Positions 26,552-36,181 of a stretch of DNA of 64,000 nt are shown piece by piece. Both the position numbers and the translations under genes were made by a program. This DNA is from Paracoccaceae bacterium. Lineage in GTDB: Bacteria > Pseudomonadota > Alphaproteobacteria > MPNO01 > UBA830. The first letter of the stretch is position 1. Every line of letters begins with the position of its first letter. The stretch spans positions 39,101 to 103,100 of the forward strand of contig JBLIMV010000020.1 in NCBI GenBank assembly GCA_047638395.1, read 5' to 3'. The notes under the pieces are model-generated. The model had not been told where the DNA came from, did no database searches, and saw nothing but the letters and a program-made list of their open reading frames with translations.

Positions 26552-28438
26552 CTACGGCGCGGAGATAGAGCGCTCTTTGTCGGGATCGTCTGACGGTTCC
26601 CCATCGTCTTCACCCTCTTCTTCGTCCTCATCACCATTTCGCTGCTGGCGTTCCCACAGGCTGGCATAGCTGCCTTGCTGGGAGAGAAGCTGCAGATGCG
26701 AGCCGCGCTCTATAATCTCTCCCGCTTCGACAAACAGAATCTGGTCGGCATCGACGATTGTGGACAGACGATGCGCGATCACGACCGTAGTTGAGCCGCG
26801 CGATACCTCGGTCAGGCTTTGCTGGATCGCCTGCTCGGTATGAGAGTCCAGTGCCGATGTTGCCTCATCGAACAGGAATATGCGTGGCCGTTTGAGTACG
26901 GCGCGGGCAATAGCGACCCGTTGTTTCTCGCCGCCCGAAAGTTTGAGCCCGCGTTCGCCGACGACGGTATCCAGGCCGTCCGGCAGGCTGCCGATAAAGG
27001 TTGATATCTGGGCAAGCCCTGCCGCCGCCGCGATATCTGCATCGGTTGCACCGGGACGGCCAAAGCCGATGTTGTCGCCGATGGATTCGTTGAACAGCAC
27101 GGTGTCCTGCGGCACGACGCCGATGGCGCCCCGCACCGAATGCTGGGTAAAGCCGCTGATATCATGGCCGTCTATCCGAACGATGCCCTCGGCCGGGTCG
27201 TAAAACCGGAACAAAAGACGCCCGAGCGTGGTTTTGCCCCCGCCGCTGGGTCCGACAAGGGCGAGTTTCTGGCCTGCTTCAACGTCAAAACTGACGTTCT
27301 TCAGAATTGGTCGCCGCGGGTCATAGGCGAATGAGACGTTCTCGAAGCGAATGGCACCTTCCCCCTCGGGCAGCGGTTCCGCATCCGTTCGGTCGGTGAC
27401 TTCGGGTTTCTCGTCGAATATCTGGATCATCAGTTCAAGATCGATCAGGGCCTGCTTGATGGATCGGTACAGGTTGCCCAGCCGCTCCAGGGGGCGGACC
27501 AGCTGCAGAAGAAACGTGTTGATCAGCACAAATGCGCCGATGGTCATGGCACCCTCGGCAACGTCCATCCCGGCGAGCACGACGATTGCACCGGCCCCGA
27601 TGCCCAGCACGGTCATCTGGGTGACGCCCAGCATGCTGCGGTATATCAGCGACCGCACGGTCAGGCGCTCGGCCTCCGCCAGTTCGCTGTCGTAACGCGC
27701 CGAGACATAACCCTCATTGCCGAAATATTTGACTGTTTCGTAGTTGATAAGGCTGTCGATTGCCTTGCCGTGGGCTTCGGACGCCTTGATCACCGCAGGA
27801 CGTTGATAACGGCGGAGCACTTCCGAGCCGTATATGACTGCAAACAAAAACAGCGACAGCGTAACCGCTATGATGATCGCGAAATGGGCTTCGAATCGAG
27901 CCAGGACGATAGCGGTGATGATTACAATCTCTGTGACCAGCGGCGCGATGACAAAGACCAGGTTGAACAGCAGTTCTGCCGTGGCTTCGAGCCCGCGCTC
28001 CTGCACGCGGCTGAGCATGCCGGTGCGCCGCGACAGGTGATAGCGGAGCGACAGCGTGTGCAGATGATCGAATACCGCAAGGCCAAGCCGGCGGCGCACG
28101 CGTTGTTCCAACGGGCCGAACAGGATCCAGCGCAGCTCGTTCAGCGCGCGGGAAACCCAGAAGATGAACCCGTAACCCAGCAATAGTGCCACCGGTGCTA
28201 CGATCAGCAGCGATGTCCCCGTGGGCGTTAGGCGGTCGATGGCGATACTGAACAGCACCGGCAGCAGGGCGTTCAGAACAGCGGTTAGGAACAGAATCCC
28301 GACCGACAGCACGACGCGCCAGCGCATGCCCGGATCGTCGCGTGGCCACAGATAGGGCATGACGGCGGCGATGGCTTTCAGGTCGGCTTTATGTCCGGCG
28401 CGGATATCGGGGGCGACTGATGGCAGAAAACGTGACAT
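26552..28438 (-). CDS. ABC transporter, fused permease-ATPase (ABCB/Atm1-HMT1-like exporter)
   Basis: Six-TM N-terminal domain with Walker A GPSGGGKTT, signature LSGGEKQRVAIAR and Walker B IFLFDEATSALD. The acidic C-terminal tail (GDEDEEEGEDDGEPSDD) is unusual. Confidence 0.85.
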   Translation of the reverse strand: MSRFLPSVAPDIRAGHKADLKAIAAVMPYLWPRDDPGMRWRVVLSVGILFLTAVLNALLPVLFSIAIDRLTPTGTSLLIVAPVALLLGYGFIFWVSRALNELRWILFGPLEQRVRRRLGLAVFDHLHTLSLRYHLSRRTGMLSRVQERGLEATAELLFNLVFVIAPLVTEIVIITAIVLARFEAHFAIIIAVTLSLFLFAVIYGSEVLRRYQRPAVIKASEAHGKAIDSLINYETVKYFGNEGYVSARYDSELAEAERLTVRSLIYRSMLGVTQMTVLGIGAGAIVVLAGMDVAEGAMTIGAFVLINTFLLQLVRPLERLGNLYRSIKQALIDLELMIQIFDEKPEVTDRTDAEPLPEGEGAIRFENVSFAYDPRRPILKNVSFDVEAGQKLALVGPSGGGKTTLGRLLFRFYDPAEGIVRIDGHDISGFTQHSVRGAIGVVPQDTVLFNESIGDNIGFGRPGATDADIAAAAGLAQISTFIGSLPDGLDTVVGERGLKLSGGEKQRVAIARAVLKRPRIFLFDEATSALDSHTEQAIQQSLTEVSRGSTTVVIAHRLSTIVDADQILFVEAGEIIERGSHLQLLSQQGSYASLWERQQRNGDEDEEEGEDDGEPSDDPDKERSISAP

Positions 28439-28543
28439 CAGGCACCGTAAGGCGGAATTTTCATGGCTCTCTTATATATGATTCACGCGGCGTGTGCGCT
28501 ACGGCTATGATCTATAAAAATAGCCTTAACGGAGGATACCGAC

Positions 28544-29068
28544 ATGGACGCCCGCACTTATCTGCGCAGCCTGCTTGAATACAATACCTGGGCCAATGCC
28601 GAGCTCTACGCGAAGGTACAGGAACTTCCTCCCGAAGAAGTCACTAAAGAGCGGAAAACACTGCTCCATTCAATCCATGTCAGTATGAACCACCTGCTCT
28701 CCGTTGATTTGATGTGGCATGCACATATGGAAAAGCGCGCGCACGGGATTGGCGAGCTGCGCGCCGTGCAGCATGAAAGCCTGGACGATCTTTGGCAGGC
28801 GCGTCAGGCGATGGACAAAACCCTGATCGATTATCTCGACGGTCTGAGTGATGCCGACCTTGAAGAAGTTGTCGATTACGAGTTGATCGGCGGCAATAAA
28901 GGCTCCCTGTCCCGCGCGATGTGTCTCGGTCACCTGGTGACCCATGGCAGTTATCACCGGGGCTGGATTGCGGATATGTTCGGCCAGGCAGGCAGCCCGC
29001 CGCCCATCATCGACATACCGGTATACGAACGCGCGCTGCGGGAAAATAATCTTCCGGCGATGCCGTGA
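28544..29068 (+). CDS. DinB/YfiT-like (DinB_2) family protein
   Basis: 174 aa with DinB-family His ligands (HSIHVSMNHLL...HGSYHRGW). Confidence 0.75.
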   Translation: MDARTYLRSLLEYNTWANAELYAKVQELPPEEVTKERKTLLHSIHVSMNHLLSVDLMWHAHMEKRAHGIGELRAVQHESLDDLWQARQAMDKTLIDYLDGLSDADLEEVVDYELIGGNKGSLSRAMCLGHLVTHGSYHRGWIADMFGQAGSPPPIIDIPVYERALRENNLPAMP

Positions 29069-29078
29069 TTCAACGGCA

Positions 29079-29813
29079 CTAATTCGACGCGAGGACGTTT
29101 GACAGCAGGTTGGTGGCATAATCCGAAGCGCCCTGGCGATCCATTTCAGGGGCAGAGCGCATATAGGCTTTTACGGCGTTCAGCGATGCGGATGAATTCT
29201 CCAGCAGTTTGGTGACAAGAGCCTCGGCCTCTGCTGTCAGGTCCGCTGCGGGGGTAATGCGGCTCACGAGGCCGAGCGTCAGCGCGGTCTGTGCGTCGAT
29301 CGGGTCGCGCGAATACACCATGTGGGCCGCCGCCTTGCGGGGAATGCGGCCGGCAAGCGCCCACATAACAAGTGTCGGCGGCAGGTCGCGGCCCATCTCC
29401 GGGACCTGAAACTGGGCATCGTCGGCGGCGAGCGTGATGTCGCAAAGTGCGGCCATGGCGCAGCCCATCCCGACGGCCTTTCCCTGAACCAGCCCGACGA
29501 TCGTCGACGGACAGCGCTCGAATTTCGCAAATAATTCTAATGCGGGATCTGTATTGTCCGCGCGGATATCCATCGGATTGCCGTCTTCGGCGCCGGGTGC
29601 CATGTCACGGCCAAGGCAGAATACATCGCCGGTCCCGCGCAGAATGATCAGTTTCGCGCCGGCGTTCCCCGCAGTGTCGATGGCGGCACCCAGGCTCGCG
29701 GCCATCGCATTGGTCACGCGGTTGCCGTTATCCGCTTTGTCGATGGTGATGGTGGTGACGTCACCCTGTTGGGCGATGTTGATCTTGCCGCTCTGGCTCT
29801 GATTTTGAGGCAT
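29079..29813 (-). CDS. Enoyl-CoA hydratase/isomerase (crotonase) family protein
   Basis: Crotonase-fold motifs LRGTGDVFCLGRDM and GLVQGKAVGMGCAMAALCDI. Start at MPQNQSQ, 34 codons into the track ORF, preceded by gaaggaag. Confidence 0.8.
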   Translation of the reverse strand: MPQNQSQSGKINIAQQGDVTTITIDKADNGNRVTNAMAASLGAAIDTAGNAGAKLIILRGTGDVFCLGRDMAPGAEDGNPMDIRADNTDPALELFAKFERCPSTIVGLVQGKAVGMGCAMAALCDITLAADDAQFQVPEMGRDLPPTLVMWALAGRIPRKAAAHMVYSRDPIDAQTALTLGLVSRITPAADLTAEAEALVTKLLENSSASLNAVKAYMRSAPEMDRQGASDYATNLLSNVLASN

Positions 29814-29827
29814 TGTTGGTGCTTCCT

Positions 29828-30781
29828 TCAGGATACGTTGGAAAATCTGGGGAAGAGCATCTCTGCATTGCCGCGGTTCACGGCTGCGCGCTGGGTATCG
29901 GTGAAGCCGTCCCACGCATCGAAGCCGTTGGTTTCGCTGGTGACGACATCGGGGGAGATATAGGGATAATCCGTTCCGAACAGGATGCGGGATTGATCGG
30001 CGACCGCGGTCAGCCCGGCAAGGGGCACAGCATTGCCCGACAGGGCGGTATCGAACCAGAAGCGTTTGATATAGGCGAGCGCGCCGTCCGGGTAATTTTC
30101 CTGGAATGTCGTTGCCTTGTCGAAAACCGATACCCGGTGGGCGAGAAACGGCAGCGTGCCGCCCGAATGGGACAGGATGAAGCGGATATCCGGGTAGCGT
30201 TCCATCACGCCCTGAAAGATCAGGTTGATCGCCACACGCGTGGTCTCGAACGGATAATCGATCAGCATGCGCGGGATGTCCCAGCCATCCGCCTCGGTAC
30301 CGGGCGGGTAGCAGGGGTGGATGAACACGACGGCCTTGCGCCGGTTCAGCTCGGCATAAAGCGGTTCGAAATAGGGATGGCCGATATATTTGTCGTCGAC
30401 GCTTGTGAGCAGGGTGATGCCGTCCAGCTTCAGCTCATCCAGCGCATATGCGGTCTCGGACAGTGCAGCGTCGATATCGGGCAGGGGCACAAAGCCAAAT
30501 CCGCCAAAGCGTCCCGGGTGGTCTTCAGCCATCTGGCTCAGGAACTCGTTGCACTGGCGCGCCAACGCCTTTGTCTGGTCAATATCGCCAAACCAGATAC
30601 CGGGAGACGTAAAGGACAGCACCGATGTTGCGATATCTTCTGTCTCCATGACCGACAGGCTGTGCTCGGCGCTCCATTCCGGAAAGCCGCGATAGGCTGA
30701 ACCGGTGATGCCCGCGCCACGCTGCGCTTCAATATAGAATTCCGGCAATACGTGATGATGTACGTCGATGCGACCCGCCAT
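29828..30781 (-). CDS. Amidohydrolase-2 family protein, paralog 3
   Basis: MAGRIDVHHHVLPEFY with TIM-barrel length. Close paralog of 12019..12969. Confidence 0.8.
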   Translation of the reverse strand: MAGRIDVHHHVLPEFYIEAQRGAGITGSAYRGFPEWSAEHSLSVMETEDIATSVLSFTSPGIWFGDIDQTKALARQCNEFLSQMAEDHPGRFGGFGFVPLPDIDAALSETAYALDELKLDGITLLTSVDDKYIGHPYFEPLYAELNRRKAVVFIHPCYPPGTEADGWDIPRMLIDYPFETTRVAINLIFQGVMERYPDIRFILSHSGGTLPFLAHRVSVFDKATTFQENYPDGALAYIKRFWFDTALSGNAVPLAGLTAVADQSRILFGTDYPYISPDVVTSETNGFDAWDGFTDTQRAAVNRGNAEMLFPRFSNVS

Positions 30782-30887
30782 CCGGCTTCTCCCGTGTGTT
30801 GTTGTTCCACAGACTTTAGCGATACCCGGGCTATGCCGTCGAGAGTGGCGATCTGCTAAAGTCGTTAAAAATCAGGGAATCGAGACC

Positions 30888-31856
30888 ATGCCGACATCCT
30901 CCGGAATAGAGATCATCGCGCTCGAAGAGCACTACTGGGACAAGGTTGTCACCGACACCTTCGTTGGCCGCAACGCATCTCGCCGCGGCGCGCTGCTCGA
31001 CCGGCTTTACGATGTTGGCGAATTGCGGCTGAAGGAGATGGACGCGGCCGGTATCGATATCCAGGTGCTGAGCCACGGCGCGCCGTCCGCCCAGCGTCTG
31101 GATGCCGAAACGGGCCCCGGCATTGCGCGCCAGGCGAATGACAACCTGTATGCCACCGTTGCGGCCAATCCCGACCGTTTTGCCGCCTTTGCAGCGCTGG
31201 CTACCGCGCATCCGGAATCGGCGGCGGACGAGCTGGAACGCTGTGTAAAGGATCTCGGTTTCCGGGGGGCGATGATCCACGGGCTGACCAATGGTGCGTT
31301 CTGCGACGCAAAGGAATACTGGCCGATCTATGCCCGTGCCGAGGCACTGGGCGTGCCGATCTACCTGCATCCCGGGTATCCGCATCCCGACGTCGTCGCG
31401 GTTTACTACAAGGATTACCTGGATGATTTCCCGGCACTGGCGACCGCCGGCTGGGGCTATACGGTGGAAACCGCGACCCAGGCGATCCGCATGGTGTTAT
31501 CTGGCGTGTTCGATGCCCATCCCGGCCTGCAGATGGTCCTTGGACACATGGGGGAGGCGCTGCCCTTCCTGCTCTGGCGGGTGAACCAGGCCCTGTCACG
31601 GGTAGAAAACACGCAGACCCGCTCGTTCCGTGAAATTTTCGAAGCGCATTTTCACGTGACGACCAGCGGCAATTTCTCGAACCCGGCACTTCTCTGCACG
31701 GTGCAGGAGATGGGCATCGACCGCGTGATGTTCTCGGTCGACTACCCGTTCGTTGAAAATCAGCCGGGCGCCCACTGGGCCGAACAGCTGTCGTTCAGCC
31801 GCGAAGACCGCGAAAAAATACTGAACGGCAATGCGCGGCGTTTGCTAGGGCTCTAG
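30888..31856 (+). CDS. Amidohydrolase-2 family protein, paralog 4
   Basis: Start at MPTSSGIEIIALEEHYWDK, 40 codons into the track ORF. The EEHxW N-terminal motif is typical of LigW/IDCase-like decarboxylases. Divergent from paralog 3. Confidence 0.8.
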   Translation: MPTSSGIEIIALEEHYWDKVVTDTFVGRNASRRGALLDRLYDVGELRLKEMDAAGIDIQVLSHGAPSAQRLDAETGPGIARQANDNLYATVAANPDRFAAFAALATAHPESAADELERCVKDLGFRGAMIHGLTNGAFCDAKEYWPIYARAEALGVPIYLHPGYPHPDVVAVYYKDYLDDFPALATAGWGYTVETATQAIRMVLSGVFDAHPGLQMVLGHMGEALPFLLWRVNQALSRVENTQTRSFREIFEAHFHVTTSGNFSNPALLCTVQEMGIDRVMFSVDYPFVENQPGAHWAEQLSFSREDREKILNGNARRLLGL

Positions 31857-31891
31857 AACGAACGTTCACCCCCGAGTGGTGCTCCCGGGTC

Positions 31892-34606
31892 CTAACGGCC
31901 TGTGCTGGAAAAGCTGACTCTGTCGTCCCGGCGGAACGATTTCATGATTGGCCCAGTCATATAATCCCGGTCCGAGTTGGCGATTCCGATCCGTATCTCC
32001 TGGTCTGCGTTGGAGAGGGTTTTCGGTTGGGTGATCGGGGCTTTCAGGAATGCAGATGGGACACTCGCCTCTCCCGTGTCACGCGTTTCCCGGTCACGAT
32101 CGGAACCTTCGCTTACGGAGACCCGCGTAGCGTCGCCATCGCCGTCACGTTCATCGCCCCCAATTTCTCTCACTGTGACTGTGTCACCGGGCTCTATCTT
32201 TCCAGGCAAATCCGTGACGACCCGGCCCCCCGGTAGCTCGGTCGGTGTGGGGCTGACAATTATCGCCGGGCGTGGATCGCCGATAAAGGGTGCCGGTGCC
32301 GGTGGCGGTGTCCACGGGCCTTCGCGGCGCCAGCCGAATGAGCCGTCCTTGGTTTCGCCAAATACATGGCCTGCATGTTCGCCGGTGCCGACAGCGAAGG
32401 TCCGACCGTCCGGCGTTTTGATGATTTCAAGCTTGTAGACCGAGCCTTTGAACAAGGCTTCTTCCATGACACCAACGCTTTCACCTGCAAGCCGCGGCGG
32501 GCGCGGCACTATCGTCGTCTGCGTCCTCGCGCCGGGGACACTGGCCGACGCAAGGCCGTCCTTGGTTGTTACAATGGTGGTGGCGTCCGCGGTTTTCTGC
32601 CTGGCGCTTTCCTCGCGCTCGATTCTGGTTTCTACGGCCTGACCTGCCTTGTCCGCTTCCGAGGGTGTTTCCCCTTTTCTCAATGCATCTGTCATGGCTT
32701 CCGCTGATTCCCGATTGGAGAACCCAAACGTCTTGCCGGATTTCGGATCTGTCACGACGAATGTATCGTCTTCACCGGATTGCTTGTCGACGCGGATGGA
32801 CGGTGCGCGGAATTCCTTGGGCACACTGTCTCTGAGCGCATCGACAAATTCGGTGGATCTGGCGACCGCGCCCGTGTCGCGTGTCGCGGGATCGCTGTCG
32901 GGGCCATAAGTCTCCTCCAGCACGTCTTTGAATGGCTTACCATTGCGCAGATCAGTTGCCATTTGCTGAGCGAGAGAGGGGTTTTTCGTAATAACCTCCT
33001 CACCGGTATCCGGCACGAAAACGTAATAATTGCCCTCTTCGTCTGCGCTCAGTCGGACCGGGGTGTCGCCGAAAGCACCGCTATAGGCGATATCCGTTCG
33101 CCTCCTGTATGCAAGATCCGTTTCCGTCGTGCTACGCCCCTCGATGGCGGCAAGAACACCAACGACATAATTTGTCAGATCTGAATTGTCTTCCGGCAGA
33201 CTTGCCGGAATTTGCAGTGTCTGACCGAGCGTCAATTCATCGACAATGAGGCCATTGGCTGCCTTGATATCATCTACCGTTACGCCATAGCGGTCCGCCA
33301 GATCTTCCAGGGTCTCATTTACCTTGACGTCATGAGGGGGCGGTATGTTTTCGCCGCGGATCGCCGGCTCGGTCGGGAGGTTGTTCACGAACGTAGAAGC
33401 ATTCGCGTCCTGTATCGGGAAATCGTCGGCCGACTTGTTTTCCCAATCAGAATCGTTGAACGGGTATCTTATTTGGCCGTTTGCATAGGCAGTGTTCAAT
33501 TCCGCTGCTTTTTTGTATTTATCAGGCCAGTCCGCCTGATTATCGGGCAGGGCAACGGATTCACCGGTGCGCGGGTCTGTAAAGGAACCGCCGCCGCCGA
33601 AGGGGTCAAAATTCCCGGTGGTTGCGTTCTGGGCATAGGGGCCGGGATTGAATGCGCGGCCGCCAGTCGGGAAAGTGAGGGCCGGCGTGTCGCCGATGAA
33701 AGCCGGCGTCGCATCGAACCGGCTTCCCGCCTGCTCGTTTGTGGGCGGAGGGGTTGAATTTTTCATATCCTCCACCGATTTGGTCGCCCAGTCGGGGTCG
33801 CTGAACGGATAAAACGATATCTCGCCGTTAACGTAGGCGGAATTCAGATCGTCGGCATGCTGGACGCGTTCCGGCCATTTGCTGCGATCATCATCAAGAT
33901 CCACGACGTCTCCGGTGTCCGGGTCGAGAAAGACGTCAAAGCCTCCACCGAAAGGGTCCACATTCCCGGATGTCAAATTCTGGGCATAGACTCCGGTCGG
34001 ACCGACGGCCGGGCCGATCGGCCGGATGCCTGTCGTCCCACCGCAGCCACTGGGGCCACATTGGCCAAACCCTGTCTGGGGTACTGTTGGCCACTGGTCG
34101 AGGCCGCAGCTGGGCCCGCTGCCGCTGCCGCTGCCGCAGCCATAGCCGCCATTGGGCCCGGCGCCGAATACGGTCTCGGCGACGCCACCAGTACATTGAC
34201 TTCCAGAGCATTGATCTTGATTCCAGCCTGTTGGGATGACGATGGTCCGGCCGTCAGGGTCAACTCCGATAATTGCAGTTGGTTTCGACGACGAACTGTC
34301 CTCCGGGTTGACCGGTTCTTGGTTGCCGGGGCTTACCGGGCTGCCGAGCTGATTGTTCAAGTTCAGTAAGCCGGCGCCGGTTTCGGTGCCGCTTGGCGGC
34401 GCGCAACACGGCCCGGAAATTCCGCCGGAATTCCAGTTGATGGTGCCGTCCGCATTGATGGTAACGCTGTTCGAGCCGTTTGGGATACCCACGGGGCAGG
34501 TCCCGGAACTACCCAGATGGCTGCATTGGGCCTGTGCTTCTTTGGTCGATGTCCCGACGAACCCGGCACCAGCCATAACAGCGATCAGAAATAGAAATTT
34601 ACGCAT
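31892..34606 (-). CDS. Large secreted Cys-/Gly-rich repeat protein with a LysM domain (hypothetical)
   Basis: 904 aa with signal peptide MRKFLFLIAVMAGAGFVGTSTKEAQA. Cys-rich N-terminal region (QCSHLGSSGTCPVG...CCAPPSG...CGSGSGSGPSCG). Two about 90-aa internal repeats (GVYAQNLTSGNVDPFGGGFDV...DDRSKWPERVQHADDLNSAYVNGEISFYPFSDPDW and GPYAQNATTGNFDPFGGGGSF...DNQADWPDKYKKAAELNTAYANGQIRYPFNDSDW). LysM-like segment VKVNETLEDLADRYGVTVDDIKAANGL..LTLGQTLQIP. Starts 33 bp downstream of the OMP gene on the same strand. Confidence 0.7.
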   Translation of the reverse strand: MRKFLFLIAVMAGAGFVGTSTKEAQAQCSHLGSSGTCPVGIPNGSNSVTINADGTINWNSGGISGPCCAPPSGTETGAGLLNLNNQLGSPVSPGNQEPVNPEDSSSSKPTAIIGVDPDGRTIVIPTGWNQDQCSGSQCTGGVAETVFGAGPNGGYGCGSGSGSGPSCGLDQWPTVPQTGFGQCGPSGCGGTTGIRPIGPAVGPTGVYAQNLTSGNVDPFGGGFDVFLDPDTGDVVDLDDDRSKWPERVQHADDLNSAYVNGEISFYPFSDPDWATKSVEDMKNSTPPPTNEQAGSRFDATPAFIGDTPALTFPTGGRAFNPGPYAQNATTGNFDPFGGGGSFTDPRTGESVALPDNQADWPDKYKKAAELNTAYANGQIRYPFNDSDWENKSADDFPIQDANASTFVNNLPTEPAIRGENIPPPHDVKVNETLEDLADRYGVTVDDIKAANGLIVDELTLGQTLQIPASLPEDNSDLTNYVVGVLAAIEGRSTTETDLAYRRRTDIAYSGAFGDTPVRLSADEEGNYYVFVPDTGEEVITKNPSLAQQMATDLRNGKPFKDVLEETYGPDSDPATRDTGAVARSTEFVDALRDSVPKEFRAPSIRVDKQSGEDDTFVVTDPKSGKTFGFSNRESAEAMTDALRKGETPSEADKAGQAVETRIEREESARQKTADATTIVTTKDGLASASVPGARTQTTIVPRPPRLAGESVGVMEEALFKGSVYKLEIIKTPDGRTFAVGTGEHAGHVFGETKDGSFGWRREGPWTPPPAPAPFIGDPRPAIIVSPTPTELPGGRVVTDLPGKIEPGDTVTVREIGGDERDGDGDATRVSVSEGSDRDRETRDTGEASVPSAFLKAPITQPKTLSNADQEIRIGIANSDRDYMTGPIMKSFRRDDRVSFSSTGR

Positions 34607-34639
34607 GGGTATGTCTCCCTGTCGGTGCGCCGCGGTAAA

Positions 34640-36181
34640 TCAGAACCGCGCGGTCACGCCGATGTTCAGTGATTTTTGTTGGTAATTGAAAAAACTGAGA
34701 TTCGATTTGTTGTTCAGATATTGCCAATTGACGAACAGAGAAAGATGGTCGACCTCCGGGTCGATAAAGCTCAGCGACCGTTCGAAATAGAGCGACAACC
34801 GGTCGATCCTGTCCTGCCGCTGAAAAGCGAAGCCGGCACCGGCCAGACTGTTTGGGTCGCGGTAGTCGTCGCGTTGGTGGCTGTAGGAAATCGACCCCAG
34901 AATATCGAATGGAAGTTTTCGGGATGCCGAGATGAAGCCGCCAAAGCTGGCGTAATCGTAGTCGTCGCCTTCTGCTTCATTCACGACCCTGGTGAGGCCG
35001 ACCTGCAAATTTACGCCGAGGGGCAGGATCTTGTTATCGACGCGCGTGCTGTGCGACAGCGTCAGGACGTGATTGAGGGCATCGCGATCGAGAACTTTCC
35101 GTGCCGGATCGCTGGTGTAGTTCGTCGGCGACAGACTGTAGCGCAGCGATGTGACATCGGTCTCGCTCCAGCGATAACTGGTAAAAGGCGCGATGGTGGT
35201 GCGCTGAACGGAGGTGTCGCCGTTGGTGAAGGACAGGGCCGGCGAGACACGCAATCCGGCTTCGATTCGCGCATTCAGTTTGCGGCGATAATCGGCATAA
35301 ACGGAATGCGATGTAGAATTGAAGCCGTCGACATCCGAATAACGTTCATATGTGAAGCCGTACCCCGTGGTCAGAATGCTGTCAGCATCAATTCGCCAGG
35401 AATATCCGGCGTCAGCCTGTGTTCGCGTAAATTTCGAATCTCGTGACGAGACGTCGGTGGGCAGCACCGCGTTCTCCGGCAGGCCGATGACATTGCTGTT
35501 TCTGCCCCCTGACACGGACACGGATGCAAACCAGGGTTTGCGTTTTTTCTGAGGAGCTGCCGCCGCCGCCCGGCGGAGCGTGTTGCGCAGGACAGAACCA
35601 GTCCTTGTGTTAGGCGCTTCCTGAAGGATGCCGTTCAGCGCCTGTGCGACGCCGTCGCCGTCATTACGCAGCGCGGCGATATTTCCCAGATAGTAAAGCG
35701 ATGTCGGTTTGACGGCGGGATCGATTTCCACCGCGCGCTTTAATTGCCGTTCCGCATCGTCCAGCCGACCATCCCCGATATAGGCGCGGCCGAGAAATTC
35801 GTGTGCTTTGGCGTTGTCCGGGTTGGCCTTCACATAGGGTTCCAGCAGCGAGACCGCCAGCGCTGTGCGGCCCTGGGCGATCGCGGCCCACCCGCCTTCG
35901 AGACCCAGTTCCCGGTGCGTTACCTTGAGGCGCCACATGCGCTGGAAGGATTCCAGCGCCGCGCCATGCTGACCAAGACGGTTAAGCGAAACCCCCAGGA
36001 AAAAGAGTGCTCGCGGGTCCTTCGGGGCAACCTGTGCCGCGCCGTTGAAATATTTTGTCGCCGCGACGAATTTGCCGCCCTTGAGCTGCACCAGCCCGCG
36101 GGCCACCAGATTATCTGATGCTTTTGATGCATGCGCCGGTGCGGACGGCAAACACAATGAGAGAAGGATGACACAGGCCAA
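34640..36181 (-). CDS. Outer-membrane protein with N-terminal TPR domain and C-terminal beta-barrel (Slam/DUF560-like architecture)
   Basis: TTG start after GGAGGG, the first start codon after an in-frame stop. Signal peptide ACVILLSLCLPSAPAHA. TPR-like repeats (AATKYFNGAAQVAPKDPRALFFLGVSLNRLGQHGAALESF..., AKAHEFLGRAYIGDGRLDDAERQLKRAVEIDP). The C-terminal approx. 280 aa show alternating-hydrophobic beta-strand patterning and end in a terminal Phe (...NIGVTARF), typical of OMP barrels. Confidence 0.65.
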   Translation of the reverse strand: MACVILLSLCLPSAPAHASKASDNLVARGLVQLKGGKFVAATKYFNGAAQVAPKDPRALFFLGVSLNRLGQHGAALESFQRMWRLKVTHRELGLEGGWAAIAQGRTALAVSLLEPYVKANPDNAKAHEFLGRAYIGDGRLDDAERQLKRAVEIDPAVKPTSLYYLGNIAALRNDGDGVAQALNGILQEAPNTRTGSVLRNTLRRAAAAAPQKKRKPWFASVSVSGGRNSNVIGLPENAVLPTDVSSRDSKFTRTQADAGYSWRIDADSILTTGYGFTYERYSDVDGFNSTSHSVYADYRRKLNARIEAGLRVSPALSFTNGDTSVQRTTIAPFTSYRWSETDVTSLRYSLSPTNYTSDPARKVLDRDALNHVLTLSHSTRVDNKILPLGVNLQVGLTRVVNEAEGDDYDYASFGGFISASRKLPFDILGSISYSHQRDDYRDPNSLAGAGFAFQRQDRIDRLSLYFERSLSFIDPEVDHLSLFVNWQYLNNKSNLSFFNYQQKSLNIGVTARF

